Below are positions 11,801-23,878 of a stretch of 64,000 nucleotides of DNA, one piece after another. The translations under genes and the position numbers were made by a program. How positions within the stretch are numbered: the first letter of the stretch is position 1; the number at the start of each line of letters is the position of its first letter. Under the pieces are notes generated by a model. It was not told the origin of the DNA. It was given only the letters and a program-made list of their open reading frames with translations, and searched no databases. Source of the stretch: Dendrobates tinctorius (taxonomy: Eukaryota); contig NW_027361831.1 of the NCBI RefSeq assembly GCF_039654945.1, forward strand, positions 1,364,001 to 1,428,000. Reading direction: 5' to 3'.

Positions 11801-14800
11801 ATCATACCAGGATAAGGATGGGACCAAACATACCAGGACTGGGATGGGGCCAATCATACCAGGATAAGGATGGTACCAATCATACCAGGACTGGGATGGG
11901 GCCAATCATACCAGGATAAGGATGGGACCATGCATAACAGGATAAGAATGGGACCTTGCATACCAGGGATGGGGCCAATCATATCAGAGTAAGGATGGGG
12001 CCATGTATATCAGGAACGGGATGGGGCCAATCATACCAGGATAAGGATGGGACCATGCATATCAGGAACAGGATGGGGCCAATCATACCAGGAAAAGGCT
12101 GGGACCATGCATATCAGGAACAGGATAGGGCCAATCATACTAGGATAAGGATGAAACTGTGCATATCAGGAACGGGATGGGGCCAATGATACCAGGATAA
12201 GGATGGGACCATGCATACCAGGAAGGGATGGGGCCAATCATACCAGGATAAGGATGGGAACATGCATACCAGGACCGGGATGGGGCCAATCATACCAGGA
12301 TAAGGCTGGTACCAATCATACCAGGACCGGGATGGGGCCAATCATACCAGGATAAGGATGGGACCATGCATACCAGGACCGGGATGGGGCTAATCATACC
12401 AGTATAGGGATGACGGCGATCATTCCTGCCAGGATAAGGACGAGGGGGACCATTCCTACCAGGATAGGGATGAGGAGGCATGCATCCCAGGATGGAGATG
12501 AAGAAGCCATGCATATCAGGATAGGGATAAGGGGGCCATGCATTCCAGCATAGGGATGAGGTGGCCATGTGTATCAGGATTGGGATGAGTGGAACATATT
12601 TACCAGGAATGGGGATACTAAGTACAGAATTGACCACATTTTTTGCTTCAGTTTTGTTTCCTAATTTCCTCCTCTAAAACCTAGTTGCGTCTTATAGTCC
12701 GAAAAATACGGTAAGTTCTATTTTTCTATTAAATCAAATACCTATTTCATACAATGAAATGCAAATTAATTAGGTAAAAATCATACAATGCATTTTTTTA
12801 AGATTCTGTCTCTCCCAGTTGAAGTGTACCTAAGATAAAAATTACAGATCTCTCCATTTTTCGTAAGAGGGAAAAGTTGCAAAATCGGCAGTGTATCAAA
12901 TCCTTATTTTCTCCACTGCATATATGTATTATTCAGATACTTTGTTATTATGCCTGATGAAAGAAGCTAAGCAGTCTCAAAAACTTGTAACATAATTTCT
13001 TTTATTTTATTTAGCCATTAAATTTATCACATCTACAAGATTATTTTATTTTTTTCTTTCTGAAAAGTGTCTGATAAGAATCTATGACTTCTCTGCCCTT
13101 AGTGGTTACTACTCACCTGGTTGGTTGTCTGTAGGAATCTCCTCTTTACACCACTCATCACACCTCACATATGTCTCTGTAGTATTAATATGGGTCAGAT
13201 CTTCATCCTGAAACAAATATTGTAAAAGTCACAGACACATGGAGAAATCACTGTGGGGAAGTGGACCGGACAGCGGGTACCTGCACGCCAGGTACAGAAC
13301 TTGAGAGGCTGCGTCTCCTGTCTCCGGGAGGAAGCAGGAGAGAGACGATGCTTCCTGGAGTGACAGGGGGGCGTGCAGGAGGGCAAGGCTAGTAAGAGGA
13401 AGCACGTGAAAATGAGGGGTCCAGGGCCAACGGAGGGCAGCGCGCAGGAGAGTGGTGAGGAGTACGCACGGTTTCCCCCTCCCTCACCAGAGCGTACCAG
13501 GGCAGTGACAGGCAGTGCTGCACCCGATGAGAGAGACAGTGACCGCTGTGCTGAGAGTGCAGAGCAGTGTGAAGTCGAGCCAGAGAGTGTAAAGCCATGC
13601 ACACAGAGCAGTGCCATGCAGACCAGCGTCCACCGTCGCCCATCGCCAACAGCGGGGACCAGGTAGAGTGGGACGTACAGTGTGTCCAGTGACTGCCAGA
13701 GAACCGGCTGCTGTGCCCTATGTGACCGTGAGTACCGCACACATGATGCACAAGAGAGACCGTATACCAGACTTGACACTTGTGCCGACTGGGTCAGTAG
13801 ATAGTTACCCTGACATTTTTGACTGGACGTTACTAGTGGAAATAGTTAAGGAGCCACGTTGGGCCCAAACAGGACTGTGGCCCGTGCCTTTAATTAGCCA
13901 CGTTAACATATGGACAAGGGGCAGTGGAAGGTGCCGGAGACCGACCACTGTCACCAGAAGACGGACCAACGTCTACAGCGACCTCCAGGAGGAGGCACAG
14001 CGCCCGCCGTTGTCGGTGCTATCGAGTACGCAGCAGAAGCTGCAGAGTCAGGACTTCCTAATGTACCTCTTACGCAAATTACTGCTTGATATCTTACATC
14101 ACATCTATGATCAGCTCTAATCCTGCCATCTCCACCATTCTCATTACACAAGTATAAAACATATAATACTGGTGGATAAAACATGACTGAGCACAAGACC
14201 TTCACAGCCATCTACACATCATAGGGGAGATCTCATGACACCTTCTCTCCATCTACCTGATGATCCTGAGGAACATCGGGATTTTCTTGTTTACAGTTCT
14301 GAGGAAGAAGAGGACGGGGACATCTCTCTGGTGTTGTCCTCTTACTGGATAGATCTGGAGGAAACACATAAAGGGACTGAATTCATTCTTTATATACAGA
14401 TAATTATAGGCCGTGTGTATTTAGTCTTGTCTATTACCTGGTCCGTTAACACACAGTAACATGATACAAGTCCAAAAGGAAATAAAGATTCAAACAGATG
14501 GTCAAAAAAAAAACTCATTCACATAGGAATATATCATGTCCATATACCATATTGATAAGGTAGAGCATGTGCTATCATCTATAACAGTATTATAATTACA
14601 TCCACATTTATCATAATTTTTTGTGTGAAGGATGGAAAATATACTGAATAAAAACTGAGAGATCACAGAGAATAAAGAATCAGAACAAAACAATTATATC
14701 CAGTGACTGATAAGAATCTGTGACTTCTCTGTATTTAGTGGTTACTACTCACCTGGGTAGCCATATGTAGGAATCTCCACTTTACACCACTCTTCATCCG

Positions 14801-15778
14801 CGAGATCTTCACCCTGAAGCAAATATTGTAAGAGTCACAGACAGATGAAGTCACATGATCAGCTCTAATCCTGCCATCTCCACCATTCTCATTACACAAG
14901 TATAACACATATAATACTGGTGGATAAAACAAGACTGAGCACAAGACCTTCACAGCCATCTACACATCATAGGGGAGATCTCATGACACCTTCTCTCCAT
15001 CTACCTGATGATCCTGAGGAGCATCGGAATCTTCTTGTTTACAGTCCTGTGGAAGAAGAGGACGGGGACATCTCTCTGGTGTTGTCCTCTTACTGGATAG
15101 AACTGGAGGAAACACATACAGGGACTGAATTCATTCTTCACATACAGATAATTACAGGCCGTGTGTATTTAGTCCTGTCTATTACCTGGTGATGTGAGGG
15201 GCTGGGGAACCTCCATCATGATGTCCTTGTACAGATCTTTGTGTCCTTCTAAATACTCCCACTCCTCCATGGAGAAATAGACGGTGACATCCTGACACCT
15301 TACAGGAACCTGACACAAACATTGATACAGTCATCCCCCGATACCTTCATAGCATTACTGTATAATGTCCCAGCATTCCCAGCAGTGTCACCTCTCCAGT
15401 CAGCAGCTCAATCATCTTGTAGATGAGTTCTAGGATCTTCTGGTCATTGATGTCCTCATGTATCAGGGGGTGAGGTGGAGGCCCAATGATTGGGTTCAGG
15501 GGTCTTCCCCATCCCTCAGACACAGGGGCCTGACAGCGCTCACTAGAGGTCTTCTTCACTACTATGTAATCCTGGTTATGGAGAGACACATTAATAAATC
15601 TCACTACAGACATTTCCAGAGTCCTCACCTCTCCAATTCTGTCCATCTGTTATTCCCATAGATAAGAATGATGTAATGTGACGTCATCAGAATCTCTCAC
15701 CTCTCCAGTAAGCTGGAAGAGGATCTCTAGGGTGAGGTGCAATAGCCTCTCTGCCATCTTGTCTCTGTCCCTATCCAT
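5829..15778 (-). CDS. Zinc-finger gene A: FAX/KRAB-like N-terminus plus C2H2 array (oocyte/gastrula zinc finger XlCOF/XlCGF-like), ~554 aa. Coding exons 15778-15701, 15571-15392, 15309-15186, 15102-15005, 14813-14753, 14354-14257, 13207-13117, 6763-5829
   Basis: All exons have GT-AG borders and compatible phases (78,180,124,98,61,98,91,935 nt); KRAB-A-like [33 protein letters not shown]; 6 intact and 2 degenerate C2H2 fingers with TGEKPY linkers. Confidence 0.88.
6865..7095. mobile_element. PIF/Harbinger (Tourist-like) MITE
   Basis: TIR GGCTAGTTTCACACTAGCG...CGCTAGTGTGAAACTAGCC flanked by TAA/TTA. Confidence 0.85.
7287..8145. mobile_element. Probable solo LTR (Gypsy-type)
   Basis: TGTCACG...CATGACA termini; no clear TSD. 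Confidence 0.5.
8876..9229. mobile_element. PIF/Harbinger MITE with internal (tgcgg/ccgca) repeats
   Basis: GGGTATGTGCACACG...CGTGTGCTCACACCC flanked by TAA/TTA. Confidence 0.8.
9402..9757. mobile_element. Palindromic element with a Helitron-type 3' end (CATCTAG) at both termini
   Basis: Both ends match the terminus at 58423; inserted between A and T with no TSD. Confidence 0.7.
9759..10130. repeat. 55-bp tandem repeat (aatgtattgtactccagttacacccagagctgcagtcactgttctgctgttacct)
   Basis: About 6.5 copies. Confidence 0.9.
10140..10701. mobile_element. Terminal fragment of a TTAA-type (piggyBac-like) non-autonomous element
   Basis: Ends AAGGG|TTAA; partner end not found. Confidence 0.4.
10945..12918. 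mobile_element. Tc1 derivative with ~200-bp TIRs; interior replaced by a pogo/Tc2-type MITE carrying a minisatellite
   Basis: ttgatacactgccgattttgcaa at ~10955 versus its inverse at ~12880-12900; inner end gcgtcttatagtccgaaaaatacgg|TA at ~12711. Confidence 0.7.
11430..12620. repeat. Minisatellite, ~25/26-bp alternating units (ccaggataaggatgggaccatgcata / ccaggaccgggatggggccaatcata)
   Basis: Direct inspection. Confidence 0.9.
13252..14098. mobile_element. Solo LTR in an intron of gene A
   Basis: TG...CA termini with 4-bp TSD TCAC; the paralogous intron of gene B (~61125) shows the empty site gaagTCACatctatg. Confidence 0.85.
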
Positions 15779-17059
15779 CCTTGATGGGTTCTCTTATGCA
15801 GAAGATCTCCACTGAGAGCATCCAATATTTTATAGACCTGAATGGGAAGAAGATGACACTGATGTAACTTAATAGAGAATCCCATGTAATAATACAATTA
15901 CAATACAACTAGAGGTAATATGGGATTTAAGATTGCTCCATATAGTCTAGAATATTTTTTATTAAGTACAGACTTGTTGGAAAGTAAATAGTGAAGGTTA
16001 ATCCATTATCAACATTGGCTGCAGTAGTATGGGTTTTCATGTATGATGTGGGCTCTGATGGCTGCTGATAAATTCCAAGGCCAGAGATTGAGGTAAGGAG
16101 TGCAATCCAAAGGGTTGCCCATGGCCTGCCATGATGGTACTCCTGGGAAGCTCAGCCTGTGATTTTTAATCAATACCACAATATTGTGGTATTGCAGTAA
16201 ATAGCACAAGTAATCAGACAGTTGAAGGTTCAAGTACCCCTACAGGGACTTAAATGATTAGGTAAAATAATATTTGTTTATTTTTTTCCAGACAAATTTG
16301 AATTATCCCCCTTTTTCCCTAATAAAAATACAGAACTAAAAATATTTCCAAAAATAAACATAATTGATATCACTAAATCCATAAAGTTCCAGTCAATCAA
16401 AATATAAAATCAACCCCTACAGTAGATGACGTAAAGAGAAATCGAAACACAAGAATTGCAGTTTTATAGTTGCCAGAGCTCCAAACACAATAAAGAGTGA
16501 CAAAAGCATCGTACTGTATGTCCCCGGAAAATATCATAAAAAAACATGAAAAGAAGCAACTAAAAGAAGTCCTTAGACAGCTTAAAGAGCTTAAAAACAC
16601 ATGTGACATGCACAAATGTGAACAAGTCGGTCGGACAGTGTTCACACCACCCACTGACTGAAACCCAAAAAAAAACAACACAGAATGACACATGTGTTTT
16701 TAATCCCTTTTTTTCCTTGCTTATGCATGGTTTGAGAGACCCCACCCCTCTCGTGTGACATGCACATAAAGAGCTGTCTTACACCACGTGCCCATACTAG
16801 GAAGCGCCTGTCTTAATCCTGATCATTTAGACGCTGTTCATATGTTCAGGTTTTAAATTCATTAGATAGGGACTGCTCCATTAAGGGTTACCTTGACGAG
16901 GTGGAGTAGCTTGGTATACACTTTTTTGCAAAAAAAGTATCGACTAAATACCCTATATTTGTTGCCATCTTTTTACCAGCACTTCCTGACTACTGTCATA
17001 TTTGTTACTGCAGGGTATTTCTGCACATTTGTCATTCTGTGCTTTCTTTTTGAACTTAA

Positions 17060-17278
17060 AGAGGTTGTCCACTACTTTTTCATTGATGACCTACCCTTTT
17101 GCTATACCCAGCTGCAGCCACCATTAGAACACAGAGCAGCTCTGCAATTGAGCACTTCTGGCCGGCGGCCGACAACACCAAGAACAGATGATCGTCAGTG
17201 GTGCAGGACCCAACCGATCAGACATTGAAGACCTATCCTAGGGATAGGACATCATTGATAAAGTAGTGGACAACCTCT
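17060..17278. mobile_element. T2-type/Kolobok MITE
   Basis: TTAA|AGAGGTTGTCCACTACT...AGTAGTGGACAACCTCT|TTAA. Confidence 0.9.
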
Positions 17279-17358
17279 TTAATTGATGAAAAAATAGTCA
17301 TGGGTCTCAGAAAATAGTGAAACAAACCAAATAATACAACTATACAATTTTTTACACA

Positions 17359-17400
17359 AGCCCCCAAAGAAGCCCATAGCGCAAAACGTGCGTTGGGGCT
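17359..17400 (+). ncRNA. Degenerate hammerhead ribozyme in a Penelope-like pLTR remnant
   Basis: agcccc-CAAAGAA-gc..gc-GCAAAA-cgtgcgtt-ggggct; stem I intact, core mutated. Confidence 0.45.
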
Positions 17401-17689
17401 ACGGAAGTAGCACGTACTTCATCTGTGTCCCACGTGGGTAAGCACTTTGTCAGGCACTCTACACTTTATTTCCCAGACTGTTTGTCTGTATAATTGTGGG
17501 TACCTTTTAAGATATGGTTCAGAATTCTGACATCTCTTATCAGTACTAAGGGTACCCCACTTGCAGTTTCCAGGGTGGACAATTCCTGGTACATGCAATA
17601 AAACATAATTGTAAGCCTGGAGTGAGTCCTTCTATACAGAAATACTGATTGTATGGTGCCGCTTGTGTTGTCCTTTTTGTCATAACCAT

Positions 17690-17902
17690 TAGTGATGAGT
17701 GAGTATACTTGTTGCTCGGGTTTTTCAGAGCATGCTCGGGTGTCCTCCGAGTATTTTGGCGTGCTCGGAGATTTAGTTTTTGTCATGTCAGCTGCATGAT
17801 TTGAGATGGAGATGACGAAAACTAAATCTCAGAGCATGCCAAAATAGGACACCCGAGCATGCTCTGAAAAACCCGAGCAACGAGTATACTCGCTCATCAC
17901 TA
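17690..17902. mobile_element. Palindromic hAT-type MITE
   Basis: TAGTGATGAG...CTCATCACTA with ~90-bp inverted arms; TSD not conserved. Confidence 0.8.
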
Positions 17903-18483
17903 CTTATAAACTAACCTGAAGAATAATGCAGACTGATTGTTTTTATCACACAATGAACGCTGTAAAAATAAAACTCCACAACAGCAACGGCAGAATTGTG
18001 GGCTTGTTTTTCACGATTTCACTGCATATGGAGTTTTAGGGATCATTCAGACCTTTTGTTGTACGAGTTCTGTCCCTGTTTTTCATTATATATTATAATC
18101 TATCTGAAAAAATTGGACAGAACTTTGATGCCATCCACTTCACATCCTGTTTGATACGAGAAACATCTACATTTTTTTCTTATGTACTTTTGAAACTCAG
18201 ACCATTTTTTGCGCAGATGAAAAATCATTGACCTTTGATTGAGCCCTTAGAAAAGAGGTCCCCAACCTTTCTGACCTTGAGAGCCACATTCAGCTATGAA
18301 AGCGGGTCAGGTCATGAGCCACATTCAGCTCTGAGAAAGGGTCGTGAGCCAAATCCAGCTGCTGCCCCACTCACATTAGTGATACCCAGAGCCCCCTCTG
18401 TTACCGGTATAATGACCGCCAAAGCTTTTCCACTCAAATCACACCAAGGCAGTATGCTGAGCATCAGGGTTTCTTATCTTACC

Positions 18484-20219
18484 TAAACTCATATATTTTA
18501 TTCCCTAAAATGATACTTTATTAATTAAAAACCACAAGTGTGGTATACACCAGAAAAAATGTGACAGAAAATGAAAAATAAAAATAAAACAAAAGTGTTC
18601 AAACAGAGCCCATACTAAGGTGACACCTTAGGGTCCCTAATTCGTTACTGAGCTGTACCCTGCCTGGCTGCGGAGGTTGGCACCCTAGGGGGAACGTTGT
18701 GGCGCCCCCGCTCACGATGGCTATCCCTGGGGGCCCTAATAAACCCTACAGCCACTAGTGGTCCCTTCTACCCGATAATAAGGGAACCCCTACTTCTAAA
18801 CAGAGATCAAACCTGCTCTATAGAGGACCCTGTGTCCCAAGATAAGAGGTTAAAAATAAATTTAGAACACACATGGCATTAGGTGGTCATTTTTATATCC
18901 CACAAACAAGCAGACAGCCGTAAGGCAAAACAATGGGATGAAACAATTCAGATAATGCCTAAATCTTGTATACAAAAGATTTATAACCAAGAGAGGCACG
19001 TATTACATTGACTCAATGATAAGCCATGGCCAAAAATAAGGCCATCAACAGTATCCCATTGTTAAAGGTATGGGGAACGCAGAGCTGCAAAAGCGGTACT
19101 TATCTGCGTTTTTCACCACCTGCCATCCAGTAGTTAATGCCTCAACGCATTTCGCCTTCTAAAGCTCATCAGGAGGCCTGATGCTGCGATAATTTGTGTC
19201 CCATAAAGGTGCAAATAGCTTACCGATATTCAAAACTGTTCCACTCTTTAAACCTGCCGCGCAGAGCCTAAGCTCCGCCCACTCACATCCCATGACATCT
19301 CTGAGCGCCACCCATTTACTGTTGCTCCAATCAGCTATCGGATCTCTCATGCAGCGTCATGATGACCAATCAAGTGTCCCCACACAGAGGGCTCCCCAGC
19401 TCTCTCCAATCGTCAGGGCTTAGACTAACCACCGCACCTGACGTACATACAGCGTCGCTGCTGACTCACCAATCGCATGTCCTTAGACAGAACGTCCCAC
19501 GGCAACCACCAATCAGTGCACCTCAGACATATTGTCAGTTCTGAGTAATATCCCCATGTACACAGTAGACACTCCAGACAGGGCATACATGTCCACATCA
19601 CAATATTAGACCCACAATCTCATGCCTGACAGTCTCATCAGATATGTTACCCATATTACATTAGCGTTTTTACTCAGTATGAAAATCGCATCCTACCCTT
19701 CATCAATGTGAACAGGCGTCGATATATAACTGCCTCATCACATGTAATCAACATATGACCTATAATCCCATACTGATTACAATGTGATAACTATAATACA
19801 ATCATATTTTGAGCAGAGCTAGACACACATAGATCGCATCATAATCTTCAACAAAGTGAACAGGCGTCGATATGAAGCTACCTCATCAAATTCTGTCAAA
19901 GGTACCCGCTCTCACAAAGTAGTTATTTGACTTATTAATCATTCCAGAAAATAATCAAAATCATAGATCACTTCAATATTATAAATGCAACTGCCCTGCC
20001 AAAGTCATGTACTGAGGACCTTATTTAGATGTAACCGAGGTTACGATAAACTTGCTCAGAAATCATTTATGGAGTGAATATATAGCTACGACAGTAAAGA
20101 GGGAGATTCTATATATATTCAATATTCCACGCCAATGCATGGAGATTCCACTATAGCCGGGAACCAACAAAACAAAACCCAGAAGGCCGGTATCCCCAAA
20201 AAGGAAACATATTATTCAA
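18484..20219 (-). mobile_element. Non-coding hammerhead-containing retroelement (Penelope pLTR or retrozyme-like)
   Basis: 14-bp direct repeat TTTCTTATCTTACC on both sides; internal hammerhead; no long ORF. Confidence 0.7.
19139..19177 (-). ncRNA. Minimal type I hammerhead ribozyme
   Basis: Minus strand gcctc-CTGATGA-gctttagaaggc-GAAA-tgcgtt-gaggc. Confidence 0.75.
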
Positions 20220-21324
20220 TTTCTTATCTTACCCCCCATTCAGATCTGCTCTTATTTGAAGGGCTATACACAAAAGTCACCATCTAGATATCTCCACTTA
20301 ATAGTTGTTTAATTGCTACACCTGTTAATGCCCCAAGCTGGCAGACAGCTATGAGCCACACATGGCTCTCAAGCTACAGGTTGGGTACCTCTGCCTTAGA
20401 AGAAGGGAAGAAAAAATTAAGTCACAAAAATGAAAATTAACTGTGACGGGAAGGCGTTAATTAAGTGGTCCGGTAATAGACCATGGAGTATAAGAGACGG
20501 ACAAGTTGGGGGTCCGATAGATTGTAGTGAAGAGGAGATAAGCACGCTGAGTGGGAACTGATTGGAGATCAACGAGGACAAAATCCTTTGGGACAACATT
20601 GACAGTGACATTGACAGGCTGGTCAGACCAAAGAAGGCGGTTCAAACACCAAGTTTGTGACGTGCCAGACGAAACAATGACCACTAAAAAAAAAAATTAT
20701 ATAAACAAACCACAAAAAAAATATAAAATTCCATAAAAGTTTGAATGCATGCATAGTATATGGCAACGGGTGGGAACCTGTGGCACGCGCGCCATTGCCG
20801 TTCCGCTTCATTGGACCGAGGCTGTCGGGTGAGGAGCCTCGCGACACCAGTCCTTACTTCAGCTGGATCTGCATCCTCTGACATACATCTAGCTGAAGTG
20901 TATTGCATTGCAGCGCACAAACTTCCCGGGTCTGTGTGCCTCAATACATGCTGCTGGCCAAACACAGGTCGGCATCGGACATCAGCGTACATGCAACTGG
21001 GCGGATGGCAGTGACGCCATGCACCTCCCGAAGCTTGAACGCTGAAATCAGCTGCTAGGAGAGGAAGGAAGGAAGGGGAGTTGTAATGTTTATTGTGGTT
21101 TTTTTTTACTATGTGTTGAACTCTGGTGCCAGTAGGAAGGGGGACATATACAATAATGTGGTGACATTTACAAGGATGGGAAACAAAAGGGAAAATGCTA
21201 GCACAGCCAGTGGCGGAGGTGCCGCTAGTAGGTTCCCAAACCGTGGAATATGGTATAGAAGACCAGGTACACTCTCTTACATGCAGTGAAGAATTTTAAT
21301 GTGCAATACATTCAGTAGTCACAT

Positions 21325-21362
21325 CACAAACGTTTCGGTCTGTCAAGACCCTCATCAGTGTG
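21325..21362 (-). ncRNA. Minimal type I hammerhead ribozyme (in Penelope-like remnant ~21170-21510)
   Basis: Minus strand caca-CTGATGA-g-ggtc ttgaca gacc-GAAA-cgtt-tgtg. Confidence 0.8.
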
Positions 21363-21519
21363 CTAAAGAGATTAGCCTTGATATTTACAATGGGCACAAA
21401 GAGTGGTAGGCAATGGAATGGGTATGGTGGAGGCACGACGGTTTCCTCATATGGTGGATCAAAGAGAATGTGAGGGGGCATATCTAGCCTAGGGATGCAG
21501 TATCCACTGCTTGTCACAG

Positions 21520-23561
21520 AGTCCTCCATCTTTTGACACCTTTCACTCCCTCCTCAGGCCAAAAGCACAAGCCCCTATCACAGACATTTGTGCGGATGAC
21601 CTGGCCTCCCACTTTATAGAGAAAATAGATAATATCCATCAGGAAATCCGCTCCCAACCACCAAGTGTTGTGACTCCCATCCCTTCCTGCATTTCCTCTG
21701 GCTCACTTTCCACATTTGATCCCTTCACAGAAGAAGTCTCCAGACTCCTCTCTTCTTCTTGTCCGACTACATGCACTACAAACCCCATTCCCTCACATCT
21801 CTTCCAGTCTCTCTCTCCAGTCGTCACAACTCACCTAACTACAATCATTAATCTCTCCCTCTCCTTGGGCACTTTCCCATCCTCCTTCAAACACTCTATC
21901 GTTACTCCATTACTAAAGAAACCCGCTCTCGACCCATCCTGCACAAACAACTACAGACCAGTCTCCAATCTCCCCTTCATCTCTAAACTTTTGGAGCACC
22001 TAGTCTACTCCCGCCTTACCCGTTACCTCTCCACTCACTCACTCCTAGACCCTTCACAGTCTGGCTTCCGACCCCTACATTCGACTGAAACTGCGCTCAT
22101 CAAAGTGACCAATGACCTTCTGACAGCAAAATGTAACGGTGACCACTCTCTGCTCATTCTTCTTCACCTATCTGCAGTTTTCGACACTGTTGACCACTGT
22201 CTTCAGCTCTGTAGGCTCCAGTCACTAGGCATTAAGGACACCGCACTCTCCTGGTTTTCTTCCTATCTTTCTGACCGCTTCTTCAGTGTTTTGTTTGCTG
22301 GCTCCACGTCATCTCCTCTTCCTCTCGCTATCGGGGTACCTCAGGGCTCAGTCCTTGGCCCCCTTCTCTTCTTTCTCTACATGGTCCCAATTGGTCAGAC
22401 CATCAGCAGATTTGGCTTTCAGTGCCATCTTTATGCTGATAACACACAACTATACACGTCATCCCCTGACCTTAACCCCATGGTACTACAGAATGCCAGT
22501 GACTGTCTGTCCGCAGTCTCCAACATCATGTTCGCGCTCTATCTGAAACTTAACCTCTCAAAAACTGAACTTCTGCTCCAGCCGTCTACTAACCTCCCCA
22601 AATCTGACATTTCCCTCTCCGTGGTTGGCACCACAATAACAACCCGGCAGCAGGCGCGCTGTCTGGGTATTATGTTTGACACCAATCTCTCCTTAACATC
22701 CCATATACAATCTTTTGCCCGCTCTTGCCGCTTACACCTAAAGAACATTTCCAGAATCTGCACTTTTCTCACCATGGAAACAACAAAAACCCTCACATTG
22801 ATCCACTCCGGCCTGGACTACTGCAACGCTCTATTAATTTGCCTCCCCGTTACTCGACTTTCCCCTCTCCAGTCCATACTTAATGCAGCTGCCAGGGTCA
22901 TCCATCTGGCTAATCGGTACTCAGATGTGTCCGCTCTTTGCCAATCGTTACACTGGCTGCCCATTCATTATAGGATCCAATTGAAAGTACTTGTTCTCAC
23001 CCACAAAGCTCTCCAACAGTGCGACACACCCCTACATATCCTCCCTCATTTCTATCGGCATAACCGACCGCTGCGCTGTGTAAACGACTTTCAACTAACC
23101 TCTGCACTAATCCGCACCTCCCACTCCCGATTCCAAGACTTCTCCCGTGCAGCGCCAATCCTCTGGAATGCTCTACCCCAAGAAATTAGGACTATCCACA
23201 ATTTGCACAGTCTTAGGAGTTCCCTCAAAGCGCATTTGTTCAGAGCGGCCTATCACGTTCACTAATCAAAGTCATTCTATGTGTAAGTATGCATGTGTAG
23301 TGAATGGGCTATCTCCATCCATCCCTCACTCCCTCAAGATGGCTGGACCTTCCTTGTAAATACATCATTGTAAATACACACCTGTACTCTGTATCTCCCC
23401 CACCTCATTGTAGATTGTAAGCTCTCACGAGCAGGGTCGTCTTATTTTGCTTTAATTATTGTATTGTTAACGTTGTTACTTATGACTTGTGTTTTGAAAC
23501 TGTTAAACTGTAAAGCGCTGCGGAATATGTTGGCGCTATATAAATAAAGATTATTATTATT
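21520..23561 (+). mobile_element. 5'-truncated L2 (CR1/L2 group) LINE; ORF2 reverse-transcriptase part open 21511-23265
   Basis: [51 protein letters not shown] motifs; 3' gcgctgcggaatatgttggcgc stem-loop and (TTA)n tail. Confidence 0.92.
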
Positions 23562-23599
23562 CACTGCATTTAAAAGTGTGTGCCCGGTCCTTTATACCA

Positions 23600-23876
23600 C
23601 TTACAAGGATGGGGCATAATTACCAGGATGAAGGGCATATATAAGGATGGGGGAGCATATAAATGGATTGAGGGAGCATATACAAGGATGAGGGAAAATA
23701 TACCAAGATGCGGGTAGCATATACCAGGGTAAAAGGCATATATCAGGAAGAAGGGCATATAAATGGATTGGTGGCATATATACCAGGATAACGAGCATAT
23801 ACATGTATTGGAGGAGCATATACAAGAATGTAGGAGCATATACAAGGACGGGCAAAAACATGGATGTGGGTGCATA
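23600..23876. repeat. Degenerate ~20-bp minisatellite (ccaggatgagggcatata), resumes at 25250-25310 after the Tc1 insertion
   Basis: Direct inspection. Confidence 0.7.
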
Positions 23877-23878
23877 TA

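Larger units (their letters stand above)
18253..20393. mobile_element. Non-autonomous hAT (Charlie-like) element interrupted by a 1.7-kb insertion
   Basis: (c)AGAGGTCCCCAACC...GGTTGGGTACCTCTG, 8-bp TSD CCTTAGAA (18245-18252, 20394-20401). Confidence 0.8.

Noticed and set aside
19705-19892. Box C/D snoRNA or extra hammerheads from TGATGA motifs
   Set aside because: No matching D box or GAAA core at the proper spacing
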